Below, one piece after another: positions 30,501-40,152 of a stretch of DNA of 64,000 nucleotides (positions are counted from its first letter, which is position 1; every line of letters begins with the position of its first letter). The stretch covers positions 1,856,001-1,920,000 of the forward strand of contig CATQHZ020000001.1 in assembly GCA_958296135.2 (NCBI GenBank), written 5' to 3'. Origin of the DNA: an uncultured Poribacteria bacterium. GTDB taxonomy: Bacteria > Poribacteria > WGA-4E > WGA-3G. Position numbers and translations under genes: made by a program. The notes beneath the pieces are model-generated. The model was given only the letters and a program-made list of their open reading frames with translations, did no database searches and was not told the DNA's origin.

Positions 30501-31074
30501 CTATATCGGAGGCCCGAGTGTCAAACCGCCGCAACCGGATGGACTCTGGGCGGCTGTCGGGTTTACCGGCTCTAATACTGACAAGTTTGTCCAAGATACG
30601 GGCCGTGATAAAGTGCATCGCCGGAGTCTCTATACGTTCTGGAAGCGCACTGCACCACCGCCACAGATGAACATCTTGGACGCGCCTTCACGCGAATCCT
30701 GCACAGTCAGACGCGAACGCACTAATACACCGATGCAGGCGTTGATGCTCATGAATGACCCGCAGTATTTTGAGGCGGCGCGTACCTTTGCAGAACGCAT
30801 CCTCAAGGAAGGCGGAACGACAACCCAGGAACGCCTCGCCTACGCCTTTGAGATGGCCACGGCGCGGCTGCCAAAGTCAGATGAAGAGGCACTGCTTCTC
30901 ACGACGTTAGAAGCGCAAATGGAAGAACTTGAGGCAGACCCGGCGGCCGCCGAGGCACTCATACATGTCGGCGCATCGGAACCTGATGAAACCTTAGACG
31001 CAATTGAAGTCGCTGCATGGACGATGATTGCGAACCTGATTCTCAACCTTGACGAAGTGGTGAACAAGGGGTAA
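27517..31074 (+). CDS. Planctomycete cytochrome c / DUF1549-DUF1553 (PSD1) protein
   Basis: IRPILADNCYACHG, RMPP, HWAF, RRLSFDLTGLPPT, GCAQCHDHKYDP, HPELLDWLA, TPMQAL. Confidence 0.93.
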   Translation: MNIAKNTVPLLLALVYCLTILPIVSAEPGRQPVQTELNYNLDIRPILADNCYACHGPDEKARQAELRLDTKAGAFSEPSGYPIIVPGEPDESELYRRILSEDDNYRMPPADFNKMLTPEQVAALTQWIREGATWEEHWAFTTPTRPTPPTVKNADWVRNPIDAFILSRLEAKGLTPAQEADKRTLIRRLSFDLTGLPPTREEVHQFLADDSPDAYEKLIAAFMAKPEYGEHIARFWLDAARYGDTHGLHLDNYREMWPYRDWVINAFNANMPFDQFTTEQLAGDLLPEPTLEQRIATGFNRCHVTTSEGGSIDDEYYVRYAVDRANTTATVWMGLTVGCAQCHDHKYDPITQKEFYQFYAYFNNITEKAMDGNRKDSPPVVKLPTPEQAEQLAAFDAQIDELDAQTKAPISEVDATQIAWENRMPHWTLLKPIEMHSKGGATLEMLEDNSILASGTNPEQEVYEIVAELPPGKWSAVRLEGITHESLPKGGVGRSDNSNVVLTDFSLELTTADEESWAPIPIVQAWADLEQAGGDFVVANAIDDKPETGWALDRRRENRQAIFLVAAPFERKGGKLKIRLKHEYDLRHKQLGRFRLAITDAPTIYPVGSKITLGNWHSVGPFTAEHGNLAFYQVYEPETKPVKTGDKFTFGDKTLKWEQQMHWVDAQVHNDIGGENSATYLHRNIASVTQQKAILHIGSNDALKIWMNDTEIFAKNVMRDAAADQEQLQVQLKPGNNALLLKVVNYSGPSGFYFRIETDAPMVPANFVDIAGIARGEREAEQQAQIRDYYRKNVTQNSGLKALFAELADVQKERNTLDASLTTTLVMQERTEPRGAYVLERGEYERRGEQVYPQTPAALPAIAADAAPNRLALAQWLLSPEHPLTARVTINRFWQNVFGTGIVKTAEDFGTQGIPPVHPELLDWLATEFVASGWDLQTMLKLMLTSSTYRQSAQVTAKKLELDADNRLLSRGPRYRFDAETLRDNALAVSGLLYAYIGGPSVKPPQPDGLWAAVGFTGSNTDKFVQDTGRDKVHRRSLYTFWKRTAPPPQMNILDAPSRESCTVRRERTNTPMQALMLMNDPQYFEAARTFAERILKEGGTTTQERLAYAFEMATARLPKSDEEALLLTTLEAQMEELEADPAAAEALIHVGASEPDETLDAIEVAAWTMIANLILNLDEVVNKG

Positions 31075-31143
31075 TGCCCATAAACGCCTCGTAGTTCGTA
31101 GCGCGAGGGCCTGTCCCTCGCATGCTACCAATTGGAGAAACCC

Positions 31144-32625
31144 ATGGATCCAATTAAAGAATATCTAACACTTGAGACGCGCCGCCAATTTTTTGGCAAA
31201 TGCGCTACAGGGCTCGGGGGCGCGGCACTCGCCTCCCTGCTGCCGAATGCTGTCGTTAACGCCCTTGAAAGCCAAACGGCCGCGCCGCGATTTGGTGGAT
31301 TGCCCGAGCTGCCGCACTTTGCACCGAAGGCGAAGCGAGCGATTTACCTCTTCATGTCCGGCGCGCCGTCACAACTCGATCTGTTTGACTATAAACCCCA
31401 GATGGGCGAGTGGTTTGACACCGATCTCCCGGAGTCTGTCCGCATGGGGCAACGCCTCACGACGATGACATCGGGACAGGATAAGTTCCCCATCGCGCCT
31501 TCCATCTTTGAATTCAAGAAGTATGATAACGGCGGCGATGGGGTCTGGCTCAGCGAGTTGCTGCCGCATACAGCCTCCATGGTCAAAGATTTGGCCATTA
31601 TCAAGACGGTGCATACCGAGGCGATTAATCACGACCCGGCTATCACCTACATTTGTACCGGTGATGAGAGCCCCGGCAAGCCGAGCCTCGGTGCATGGCT
31701 TAGCTACGGGTTGGGCAGTGAAAACCGGAACCTGCCCGCTTTCATTGTGATGAACGCGACGTGGTCAGGGCCAAAGGGCGCGCAGGCACTCTACAACCGC
31801 CTCTGGGGCGCAGGATTCCTACCCTCTGAACATCAAGGGGTGCTACTCCGCAGCCAGGGAGACCCGGTCCTCTTCCTCTCAAACCCCAACGGAGTGAGTG
31901 CCAAAGCGCGTAAGCAGATGCTTGACACACTCGTCGCTTTGAATCAGAAACTGTATGAAGAGGTTGGCGATCCGGAAACCCATGCCCGTATCTCGCAATA
32001 TGAGATGGCGTTCCGGATGCAGTCCTCCGTGCCCGAGCTCATTGACCTGAAGCAGGAGCCTTCCAACATCTTAGAGATGTACGGCCCCGAGGTCAACACA
32101 CCCGGTACGTTTGCGCACTGTTGTATCCTCGCGCGCCGGATGATGGAGCGCGATGTACGCTTAGTCCAAATCTTCCATCGCGGTTGGGACCAGCACGGGG
32201 ACCTGCCCAAGAATATCCGGAATCAAGCCCGCGACATCGACCAGCCCGCCGCCGCGCTTGTCCAAGACTTGAAGCAACGCGGCATGCTTGATGAAACCTT
32301 AGTCGCCTGGGGTGGAGAATTCGGACGCACGGTTTACTGCCAAGGCAAGCTGAGTCGGGATAACTATGGGCGCGACCACCACCCCAAATGCTTCACGCAC
32401 TGGATGGCAGGCGGCGGCATCAAAGGGGGTGTCGTCCACGGCGAGACTGACGATTTTAGTTACAACATCGTCAAGGACCCCGTTCATATTCGGGATTTGA
32501 ACGCGACCCTTCTCCATCAACTCGGGATCGACCACGAGCGGTTAACGTTCAAGTTCCAAGGGCTCGATCATCGGTTGACAGGCGTAGAGGATAAGGCGCG
32601 GATTGTCACCGAAGTGTTATCATAA
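31144..32625 (+). CDS. DUF1501 (sulfatase-like, Tat) protein
   Basis: [50 protein letters not shown]. Confidence 0.93.
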   Translation: MDPIKEYLTLETRRQFFGKCATGLGGAALASLLPNAVVNALESQTAAPRFGGLPELPHFAPKAKRAIYLFMSGAPSQLDLFDYKPQMGEWFDTDLPESVRMGQRLTTMTSGQDKFPIAPSIFEFKKYDNGGDGVWLSELLPHTASMVKDLAIIKTVHTEAINHDPAITYICTGDESPGKPSLGAWLSYGLGSENRNLPAFIVMNATWSGPKGAQALYNRLWGAGFLPSEHQGVLLRSQGDPVLFLSNPNGVSAKARKQMLDTLVALNQKLYEEVGDPETHARISQYEMAFRMQSSVPELIDLKQEPSNILEMYGPEVNTPGTFAHCCILARRMMERDVRLVQIFHRGWDQHGDLPKNIRNQARDIDQPAAALVQDLKQRGMLDETLVAWGGEFGRTVYCQGKLSRDNYGRDHHPKCFTHWMAGGGIKGGVVHGETDDFSYNIVKDPVHIRDLNATLLHQLGIDHERLTFKFQGLDHRLTGVEDKARIVTEVLS

Positions 32626-32838
32626 CCCGCGGCAGGGCTCGCAACGGCGCGGGCCCTCTTCCGTTCAGGCGGCGCGCTTTCCGGTAGGAGAGACCGCCGT
32701 TACGCCTCTTGAAGACTGCCTGTGGTGCTTCGCATAAGCAGGCCACCTTTTCTTGACGCGCTCGGTATCGGGACAGAGATGTCCCTCCTACCAAAATAAG
32801 CGGGATAAGGAGGTCCCAGCCCTTGTAGGGAGACTCAG

Positions 32839-33990
32839 ATGCTGATTTACCAGAATCTCGAAGATAAGATTGATGCAGCCACATTACTGGAGGCACTAGC
32901 GGGTGACTATGAGAGCGTCTTTCTGACGAGCTGCACCGTTGAGGGCGTTGTTGACATCGCTTCCCTCTCGCTTGAAAAGGACGAGACCGGCGCGTTCATT
33001 CTGGATAAAGACATCGTGTGTATTCATTGCACCTTTGAAAACCTCGTCAAACTCCACAAGACCGCTTTCAAAAAAGAACTTGTCTTTAGCGAGACGGTCT
33101 TCCGAGAACCTGTCGATTTCCGGGGCTCTATGTTCCAAGGGCATTGCGATTTCGGACAGGCGAACTTCCACGGCCGCGTCAGTTTTCGGGGGGCCGCTTT
33201 CCACGACGAAGTGAACTTTTGGCAGGCAGAATTCCACGACCTGGCCGATTTCAACGAGGTTGAATTCCAGAACAACGCCGTTTTTGGGAAAACCCGCTTC
33301 CACGGCGTGGGGCATTTTATAGAGACTGCCTTCCAACAGCAGCTTGACTTCACCTATGCGCGCTTCAACGATACTGTCACCTTCGAGCGCGCAACATTCG
33401 GAATCGAAGCCGACTTTACTTCCGCACGCTTTGCCTTTGTCGCCTCCTACCGCGACATCAATTTCATGCCCAACACGGTGCGACAATGGTTTCAAAATAA
33501 GCGAACCCGCGACGCAAGCCCTCCAACCGAGTTCTATTTGGATAGCCAAAATGTAGACGAGGTCTCCAACCCGTTCTTCAAGCGGTATGTGGCAGACCAG
33601 CAGTTCATCCGCGTCTTCAAACAAGAAAGTCCATTTTGGGCGCAAGTCTGGCGATGGAGCTCGGATTTTGGGCGCAGCTTAGGGCTTTGGGCGTTCTGGT
33701 CCCTCTTCCTCGCCGTTTTGTTCTCATTCGCCTATGCAAGCGCCTGGGCACCACCGTGGCTGGCAGGAATCCGACCTGATGTGCTACACAACATCGAAGG
33801 AACAAACGCGATAACCTTCTGGAACGCCTTTTACTTTAGCGTTGTCACCTTTACCACACTCGGATTTGGGGATGTGGTTGCGCAAAACGGCTCGGCGCGC
33901 TTCCTCGTGACGCTGGAGGTTATCTTAGGCTATATCATGCTCGGCGGGCTCATCAGCATCTTCGCCAATAAGTTAGCCAGCCGGAGTTGA
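32839..33990 (+). CDS. Pentapeptide-repeat protein with a C-terminal two-TM ion-channel domain
   Basis: Repeated xxFxxAxF units; YFSVVTFTTLGFGD pore motif. Confidence 0.88.
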   Translation: MLIYQNLEDKIDAATLLEALAGDYESVFLTSCTVEGVVDIASLSLEKDETGAFILDKDIVCIHCTFENLVKLHKTAFKKELVFSETVFREPVDFRGSMFQGHCDFGQANFHGRVSFRGAAFHDEVNFWQAEFHDLADFNEVEFQNNAVFGKTRFHGVGHFIETAFQQQLDFTYARFNDTVTFERATFGIEADFTSARFAFVASYRDINFMPNTVRQWFQNKRTRDASPPTEFYLDSQNVDEVSNPFFKRYVADQQFIRVFKQESPFWAQVWRWSSDFGRSLGLWAFWSLFLAVLFSFAYASAWAPPWLAGIRPDVLHNIEGTNAITFWNAFYFSVVTFTTLGFGDVVAQNGSARFLVTLEVILGYIMLGGLISIFANKLASRS

Positions 33991-34087
33991 CGCTTGTCTT
34001 AAACAGTAAGGGCGGATGTCTATATCCGCCTGGGTGCTGCAGCGGATAGTCAACGACATCCGCACTTACAAAAGGATTTTCAACGGA

Positions 34088-35236
34088 ATGCGCTCAAACC
34101 AATTAACGGCAGTCATTGTCGGCGCAGGCTGGTCTGCCGAAGGACACACCAAGGCTTTTCAACACTACGGCGTTGAAGTCCTCGCCTTATGTGCTCGCAA
34201 ATTTGATATCGTGCAAAAGCACGCAGACCGGTTAGGTATCCCCGAAGCCTCAATTGATTGGCGCGAAAGCCTGCTCAAACACCGACCGGATATCGTCGCC
34301 ATCACGACTCCTGCAATTTTGCGTACAGAACCGATTGAATTGGCAGCACAACTCGGCTGCCATATTATCTGCGAAAAGCCGTTGGCTCTCACGGCAACCG
34401 AGGCAGGAAGACTCTACGCACTCGTCAAAAATGCCGGCGTGAAGCACGCCTTCGCCGCAACGCATCTGTATGACCCGAGTGTGGCGTATGTCCGGCACCT
34501 GATTACGCAGCAACAGAGCATTGGCGAACTCAAAGAGGTTGACATCGGCTACACCCGCCGACTCCCTGGCACCCCTTCTAACAGGGTGAAGCCGTGGAAT
34601 TGGATGAGCTCCCTCGCGCACGGCGGCGGCGCGCTCAATAATGGGCTCACGCATCAACTCGGCATGCTTGAAAAGATGACTGGGCTGACAGTCGTCTCTG
34701 CCATCGGCGAGGCGCGCTTCGCACCCAGAAAAGCACCCATCGTGCCAGAAATCCGCGACTTTCGGGTGTGGCGAAGCAGAGAGATTACGGCAGAAGAGGC
34801 CGCCAAACTAGAATGGCGCGAATGCGACGCAGAGATAGGATATTCGGCACTCTTTAAATTAGGAAAAACAGAGAATCCTGTCCTTGTGACGATGCGGGCG
34901 AAGCCCGGTGTGCCGACACAATCCCCTACCGGCGGCTGGTATTTCTACGGGACAGAAGGAACACTTGTCGGACGTGGCAGACATATCTTATCCCCGATTA
35001 CAAAACACAGCGGCGATGAAGTGGAGGAATTGCCTATTCCGCAATCATTTTCAGACACCCTCCCGCGCATCGGCGACGACATCCAAAATAAGTGGACCGC
35101 GCTCGTCCGCGACTTCCTCGCTGACATTGAGGCTCGCCCACACGAACCGTATTTAACGCTTCACGATGGGTGGCGTTATCAAGTCGCAATTGAGGCAATC
35201 CGGGGAAGTGTGGGGTGGACAGAGGTCCCTGTCTAA
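34088..35236 (+). CDS. Gfo/Idh/MocA oxidoreductase
   Basis: VIVGAGW, PDIVAITTP, HIICEKPLA, GGGALN. Confidence 0.9.
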   Translation: MRSNQLTAVIVGAGWSAEGHTKAFQHYGVEVLALCARKFDIVQKHADRLGIPEASIDWRESLLKHRPDIVAITTPAILRTEPIELAAQLGCHIICEKPLALTATEAGRLYALVKNAGVKHAFAATHLYDPSVAYVRHLITQQQSIGELKEVDIGYTRRLPGTPSNRVKPWNWMSSLAHGGGALNNGLTHQLGMLEKMTGLTVVSAIGEARFAPRKAPIVPEIRDFRVWRSREITAEEAAKLEWRECDAEIGYSALFKLGKTENPVLVTMRAKPGVPTQSPTGGWYFYGTEGTLVGRGRHILSPITKHSGDEVEELPIPQSFSDTLPRIGDDIQNKWTALVRDFLADIEARPHEPYLTLHDGWRYQVAIEAIRGSVGWTEVPV

Positions 35237-35290
35237 AGCAGGATGGGCAAGATTCACAGGATTTTCAGGTAATGAAAATCTCCCCATTCA

Positions 35291-35600
35291 CGTAGGGCGG
35301 GGGCCTGTCCCCCGCGAATCTTAACCGCCACTCTCACCGTAGCGCGGGGGGCCTGTCCCCCGCGAATCTTAACCGCCACTCTCACCGTAGCGCGGGGGCC
35401 TGTCCCCCGCGAATCTTAACCGCCACTCTCACCGTAGCGCGGGGGCCTGTCCCCCGCGAATCTTAACCGCCACTCTCACCGTAGCGCGGGGGCCTGTCCC
35501 CCGCGAATCTTAACCGCCACTCTCACCGTAGCGCGGGGGCCTGTCCCCCGCGAATCTTAACCGCCACTCTCACCGTAGCGCGGGGGCCTGTCCCCCGCGA
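35291..35600 (+). repeat. Tandem array: 6 full + 1 partial 47-bp units, each with a GTAG-REP hairpin
   Basis: Unit cgtagcgcgggggcctgtcccccgcgaatcttaaccgccactctcac starts at 35291, 35338 (48 bp), 35386, 35433, 35480, 35527, 35574. Confidence 0.95.
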
Positions 35601-35764
35601 TGTTTCTGCTGCCTGAATCAGGATTTCCAGGATTAGGGGGCCCCTTGAAGAGGCAAACTGATTTTTATCGTATCGCGTGGGCCTGTCCCCCGCGATAACT
35701 CGGTCAAACCGAAAAACGTCCGCAGCCCAAAGACCGCGAACGTTTTTTGAAACGATCCAACATG

Positions 35765-35836
35765 GCGAGGGACAGGCCCACGCCCTACGGGGAAAGGGAG
35801 AATCGATGCACGGCGAGGGACAGGCCCACGCCCTAC
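35765..35836 (-). repeat. Two REP copies in opposite orientation to the array; the right-hand one supplies the MFS stop codon
   Basis: ggcgagggacaggcccacgccctac occurs twice. Confidence 0.85.
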
Positions 35837-37221
35837 GATTCTTGTGTTTCACTTTCGCCTTCTTCTTCATGCATAATTTCCTGCAAGCCCGTTGCTATGC
35901 GGAAAGCGATGATGCAGATGCCGATCGAGATGGCAAACAACCACCGATACCCGATGTAGGGTGCAAGGATACCGCCGATAAGCGGCGCGAAACTGGCTGG
36001 CAGCAGCAACGTGTTCATAAACCCGATGTAACTCGGACGGTGGCGCGGCGGCGCGATGTTGAGCATATACGACATGAACCCTACCATCATGCCGTTGCCT
36101 AAAATGCCGCCTACCGTGAAAATCAGGAAAAAGGCGGGCAGTTGCAAGGCGGGAGGCACGATTCCTGACGAAAAGGCTAACGCCGGCGGAATTACCATCA
36201 GTCCTGCCGTGATAATGAGGAGCCACCGTACACCATATTTCTCGCCGATATGCCCCCACAGTGTATTTGAAACGACACCGCTCAGTGCCGAGCAGACGAT
36301 GAAAAATCCGATAGTTGCCTCCGAGACGTTCAGTTCATTCAGCGCGTAAGGGATATAGAACGGCGATGCCATCCCCGAAAAATGCGCACCGATGCGGAAA
36401 AAGATGAACTGCCGGTAATTTGCATCGGTGCGTAGGAAGTGTGGCCCCTGCTTCAAGTGCCTAGACAAAGGTTGCCGTGTGGATTGAACGGGATGAATCG
36501 GTTCGCGCACTCCGAGGAAACTGACAAACGAGAGGAAGGCGGCACTTACCGAACAAATAAACAGAAAGGCGTAGTTGTAAGGAAACCCGAGGTCGGTGTC
36601 CACGTGGCATATCGTGCAGATGAAATACATGGTGAGCGTTTTGAAGCCGCGCGTGACTGCCCCGAGGATGCCGGTAAATTCCGCCTCGTTTCCGAGCACG
36701 GCGCGCACCAGAAACCCTACCCAGATGGCGAAAAAACCACCGTAGAGTTGGCGCAGGCTAAAAAACCGGGCGCGCCGCTGCGGTTCGATAGCTTTAGAGA
36801 CGATGTCCATGTAAGGCAGCGTCGAAACGCCCATTGCGGAGGAGGAGAGGAAATAGAATCCTAAGAAGCATCCGGCGAGGAGCATCGGATTCTGCTCACC
36901 GATGGTGATGGTGCAGAAAAACACCGCGAGCCATGCCAGAACGCGCACGCTCATTCCAAGCGCGTAGAACGGCATCTTGCGCGGACGATGTTCCAACAAG
37001 TTGGAGATGAGCAGTTGCGGCCACATCCAACCGGCTGTCATCATCGAGCCTGTCAACCCGACGAGCAGCGGGGAACCACTTAATTTATCGATGAACGCAG
37101 GCAGCACCGTTGATGCGTCCGCGAAGGCGAGGTTGATTCGCATGAAGGTGCCTTGCAGCAACGCAAATCGGAAATTCCGCCGGAGGTTCTTCTGTTGTGG
37201 TGGAAAGCGATGGCGATTCAT
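35833..37221 (-). CDS. MFS transporter
   Basis: About 12 hydrophobic segments; WGHIGEKYG loop motif. Confidence 0.88.
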   Translation of the reverse strand: MNRHRFPPQQKNLRRNFRFALLQGTFMRINLAFADASTVLPAFIDKLSGSPLLVGLTGSMMTAGWMWPQLLISNLLEHRPRKMPFYALGMSVRVLAWLAVFFCTITIGEQNPMLLAGCFLGFYFLSSSAMGVSTLPYMDIVSKAIEPQRRARFFSLRQLYGGFFAIWVGFLVRAVLGNEAEFTGILGAVTRGFKTLTMYFICTICHVDTDLGFPYNYAFLFICSVSAAFLSFVSFLGVREPIHPVQSTRQPLSRHLKQGPHFLRTDANYRQFIFFRIGAHFSGMASPFYIPYALNELNVSEATIGFFIVCSALSGVVSNTLWGHIGEKYGVRWLLIITAGLMVIPPALAFSSGIVPPALQLPAFFLIFTVGGILGNGMMVGFMSYMLNIAPPRHRPSYIGFMNTLLLPASFAPLIGGILAPYIGYRWLFAISIGICIIAFRIATGLQEIMHEEEGESETQES

Positions 37222-37664
37222 CCAAAAACCTCGCTCAGAAAAGAAACCGAATTTGCTGCAACCATACGAAAAACTTGTTTGGACATGCTTTTTTCTTTTT
37301 TCCTAGAAGTGTTATTTTTCATTTGACACGATTTCGGCAATTAGGTTTAATTGATTTTTTCTGGACAAACGACAGGAATTGTGCTACATTAAGAATGAAG
37401 CCATTTAATTTTGAGTTCTCGCCTCCCAAATTGAGAATGGGAGGGCTCCTCCCGCCATCGTAGTTCGGGCTCTCCCGAACTAGAAGGGTTTGAGCTCAGA
37501 TGAAGATTAAAGAAATAAACGGCTAATTTTCCCGACAGAAACAGGCGGATATAGAAACCCGCCCTTACAGTCACAAGGCATGCACGCTTCCCGAAAATTA
37601 TCCGATTTCATACTGAAACTTCAGGCGAGCTCAAACTACAAATTTGGAATAAAAGGAAAAGACT

Positions 37665-38618
37665 ATGGAACCTCTTCGGATTGGATTTCTTGGTGCCGGC
37701 GGTTTCGCTCGGCACACCATTTATCCGGCGTTGCATCTCGCACCTGTCGCATTGCAAGCTGTCTGTGATGCGGACGAAGAACGCGCGAAAGATGCCGCTG
37801 GCAAATTCGGCACAGGACGATACTACACCGACCGGCACGAAATGTTTGAAAAGGAAGCCCTGGAAGCAGTTATCATCTGCATGGGGCCAGACCCGAGGCA
37901 GCCCCTCGTGCTTGATACGCTCGCCGCGGGGTATCACGTTTTCGTGCCGAAGCCGCCCGCGCCATCGCTTGCGGGAACGCTTGAATTAGCGGAAGCATCG
38001 GAAAAGCACGGCAAAACGTTGATGGTAAACTTCCAAAGACGGTTTAGCCGCGGCGTGCGCGGCGCGAAGGAGATTATGCAGACAGAATCCTTCGGACAAC
38101 TCACGCAACTTTTCTGCTCGTTCTGCAGTGGTGCATACCCGACGGTGAAAAGTTATCTGCTGGATTTCGCCATCCATCACTTCGATCTGGCGCGTCACAT
38201 CGCCGGTGCGGATGCAAAAGAAATCGCTGTCTTCCACAACGAAGTTGATGGACAAGGCGCGTTCGCCGTTGCACTGGAATATACCAACGGCGCAGTGGGC
38301 AACTTGCAATTAACGAGTCAACGCCTCTGGCAGCGCAACTATGATCACATTGAAATCACCGGCCAGCACGAGTATATCGTGTTAGACGGCTTGTGGGGCG
38401 TTCAGCATTTCACGCAATCCGGCAACACGTTCACCTCGAATTTCTCCGATGAACGGAACGGTGAGTTGACCGGGGACGGCATGAGTCTTACCGAGTTTGT
38501 CAACGCGATTCGGGAAGACCGGGAGCCGGTCTCCAGCATTCACGACTGCGTCGGTTCCATGCGGTTGTATGATGCTGTGCTGCAACGGAAGAAAGGCGTT
38601 ATTTCGCTCGTTGATTGA
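37665..38618 (+). CDS. Gfo/Idh/MocA oxidoreductase
   Basis: IGFLGAGGFA, HVFVPKP, NFQRRF, DFAIHHFD. Confidence 0.9.
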   Translation: MEPLRIGFLGAGGFARHTIYPALHLAPVALQAVCDADEERAKDAAGKFGTGRYYTDRHEMFEKEALEAVIICMGPDPRQPLVLDTLAAGYHVFVPKPPAPSLAGTLELAEASEKHGKTLMVNFQRRFSRGVRGAKEIMQTESFGQLTQLFCSFCSGAYPTVKSYLLDFAIHHFDLARHIAGADAKEIAVFHNEVDGQGAFAVALEYTNGAVGNLQLTSQRLWQRNYDHIEITGQHEYIVLDGLWGVQHFTQSGNTFTSNFSDERNGELTGDGMSLTEFVNAIREDREPVSSIHDCVGSMRLYDAVLQRKKGVISLVD

Positions 38619-40149
38619 TTGCTTCTAGCACCTCAAGACACGTCTGCCCGTTCACCAATTGGTGATAGAACTGCGCGGCGCGTCTGCCAAAATCTCGGTT
38701 CTGACTGAGACGAACCTCCGCTGATGCACCCGGCGGTGTCCACAGCGTCGCGTCCGAGAAAATGGCAGCGAGCCGCCTCTCTACGTCTGCGAGTCCCGCG
38801 CCGAACGCGCCGTTCAAAACGTTTTGTATCGTCAGATCCGGGTCCCGGATTTCATAAGTCTCTCCCGTATCCGTTATGCCAAAATATGCGCGTTCACCGG
38901 GTTGTGATACATGCGGTGTCAAAAAACGGAGAACCGTCGCAAACGAATAGGCAAAATCGGTTTTGAACTCCTCTGTCGCCGAGGCGTAATTTGGGGACAT
39001 CACGATATCTGCAGCGCGTTCGCGAAGTTTCACCGTCTCAATGATGTTAATCCGCGCGTTGTCGTCTTTGACGCGGCGGATGCGTTCAATGAACTCGCGC
39101 GTATACGCGCCCGCACTCTGTCCCGCAATCGGGATGTCAGCCTCCACAATCTCGGCGTAACCAGCCATCAGCCGTTCTAAATGCGGCGCGAATGTCGGAT
39201 GCACTGCCGCCTCGTTGACGTATTCAATGCCGGAAAGCATCCCTTTGTGCGTAATCCCCGGTACATGCACCGAATTCACCAACAGCAGTTTCCAATCGTG
39301 ATGCGGCTCAATGCTTTCTTGCGTGACGATAACGCCAAAATCCTTAAGTGCGCTGAAGGGAACTTGTAGGCGCGCTCTTCCGGCCGCGCTGCCTTTGTCT
39401 TCAATAATCAGCGGCTTTGCCGGCATTTTCTCCGCATACGTGATGAGTTCGTCTGGGATGCCGATGCGCGCGCGCGCTTCCGCCTGAATCTCCTCCGGCA
39501 CCGCGTAAACCTGCGGCACCAGCCGGTCCCCCATTTCGTTGAGGAAGCCGACGTTCGTTTTCAGCCAATCCGCGTACGCGTCACTTCGCCTCGGATACTC
39601 GTTGCACAGAATGTCACGGATGACATCGCCATTGTTCCGGAGGTTATCTGTGTTGATGACACAAAGTGTTGCATCCGCACCGTGGTGTGAAAAATAGCGG
39701 TAGAGCGTCTCGTCCAGGACATCCATCGCCAATTCACCTTGAGCAATCCCGGCTTCGGTTACGCCGATGAGGACGAGGTCCAACAGATTTTGGGTTTGCG
39801 CGTAAAACTGTTCGCGACCGGACTCTGTGGCAAGTGTCGTCGCGCCGCCGACGCTTGAAACCTGTCGGATGTCATGAATCCCCTCTACATCAAACGTGAC
39901 GACGTGATACACGCCATTCTGTCGGTTAAACGCGTCTGCTTTTTCGGTCCCGCGCGGCTGTCCGACCAAAATGCCGCCGTTGTAGAGATGCCGTTCGTTG
40001 AGGATGTGAACGAATTCGTGAGTTAGGGCGCGTTGCAGTCCGCCCGCGCCGATAGCGAGAATTCTGTTTTTTGTTGTTCGCGAGGCGTTCGATAAGCATT
40101 TCTGGTCCAATTGTGTTTCTCTCCGTATATCCATCATTGACGTTGTCAA
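38599..40149 (-). CDS. Mannitol dehydrogenase/tagaturonate reductase (UxaB-like) family protein
   Basis: IGAGGLQRA, GVTEAGI, DNLRNNGD, NEMGDRLVP, KLLLVNSVH; start uncertain. Confidence 0.75.
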   Translation of the reverse strand: MTTSMMDIRRETQLDQKCLSNASRTTKNRILAIGAGGLQRALTHEFVHILNERHLYNGGILVGQPRGTEKADAFNRQNGVYHVVTFDVEGIHDIRQVSSVGGATTLATESGREQFYAQTQNLLDLVLIGVTEAGIAQGELAMDVLDETLYRYFSHHGADATLCVINTDNLRNNGDVIRDILCNEYPRRSDAYADWLKTNVGFLNEMGDRLVPQVYAVPEEIQAEARARIGIPDELITYAEKMPAKPLIIEDKGSAAGRARLQVPFSALKDFGVIVTQESIEPHHDWKLLLVNSVHVPGITHKGMLSGIEYVNEAAVHPTFAPHLERLMAGYAEIVEADIPIAGQSAGAYTREFIERIRRVKDDNARINIIETVKLRERAADIVMSPNYASATEEFKTDFAYSFATVLRFLTPHVSQPGERAYFGITDTGETYEIRDPDLTIQNVLNGAFGAGLADVERRLAAIFSDATLWTPPGASAEVRLSQNRDFGRRAAQFYHQLVNGQTCLEVLEAINQRAK

Positions 40150-40152
40150 TGA

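Noticed and set aside
35291-35600. CRISPR array
   Set aside because: The linkers between palindromes are identical rather than unique spacers, and there are no cas genes in the window.
35523-35870. 115-aa ORF with repeated RRAWACPSPC
   Set aside because: It is a translation of REP repeats, with no evidence of being a real gene.
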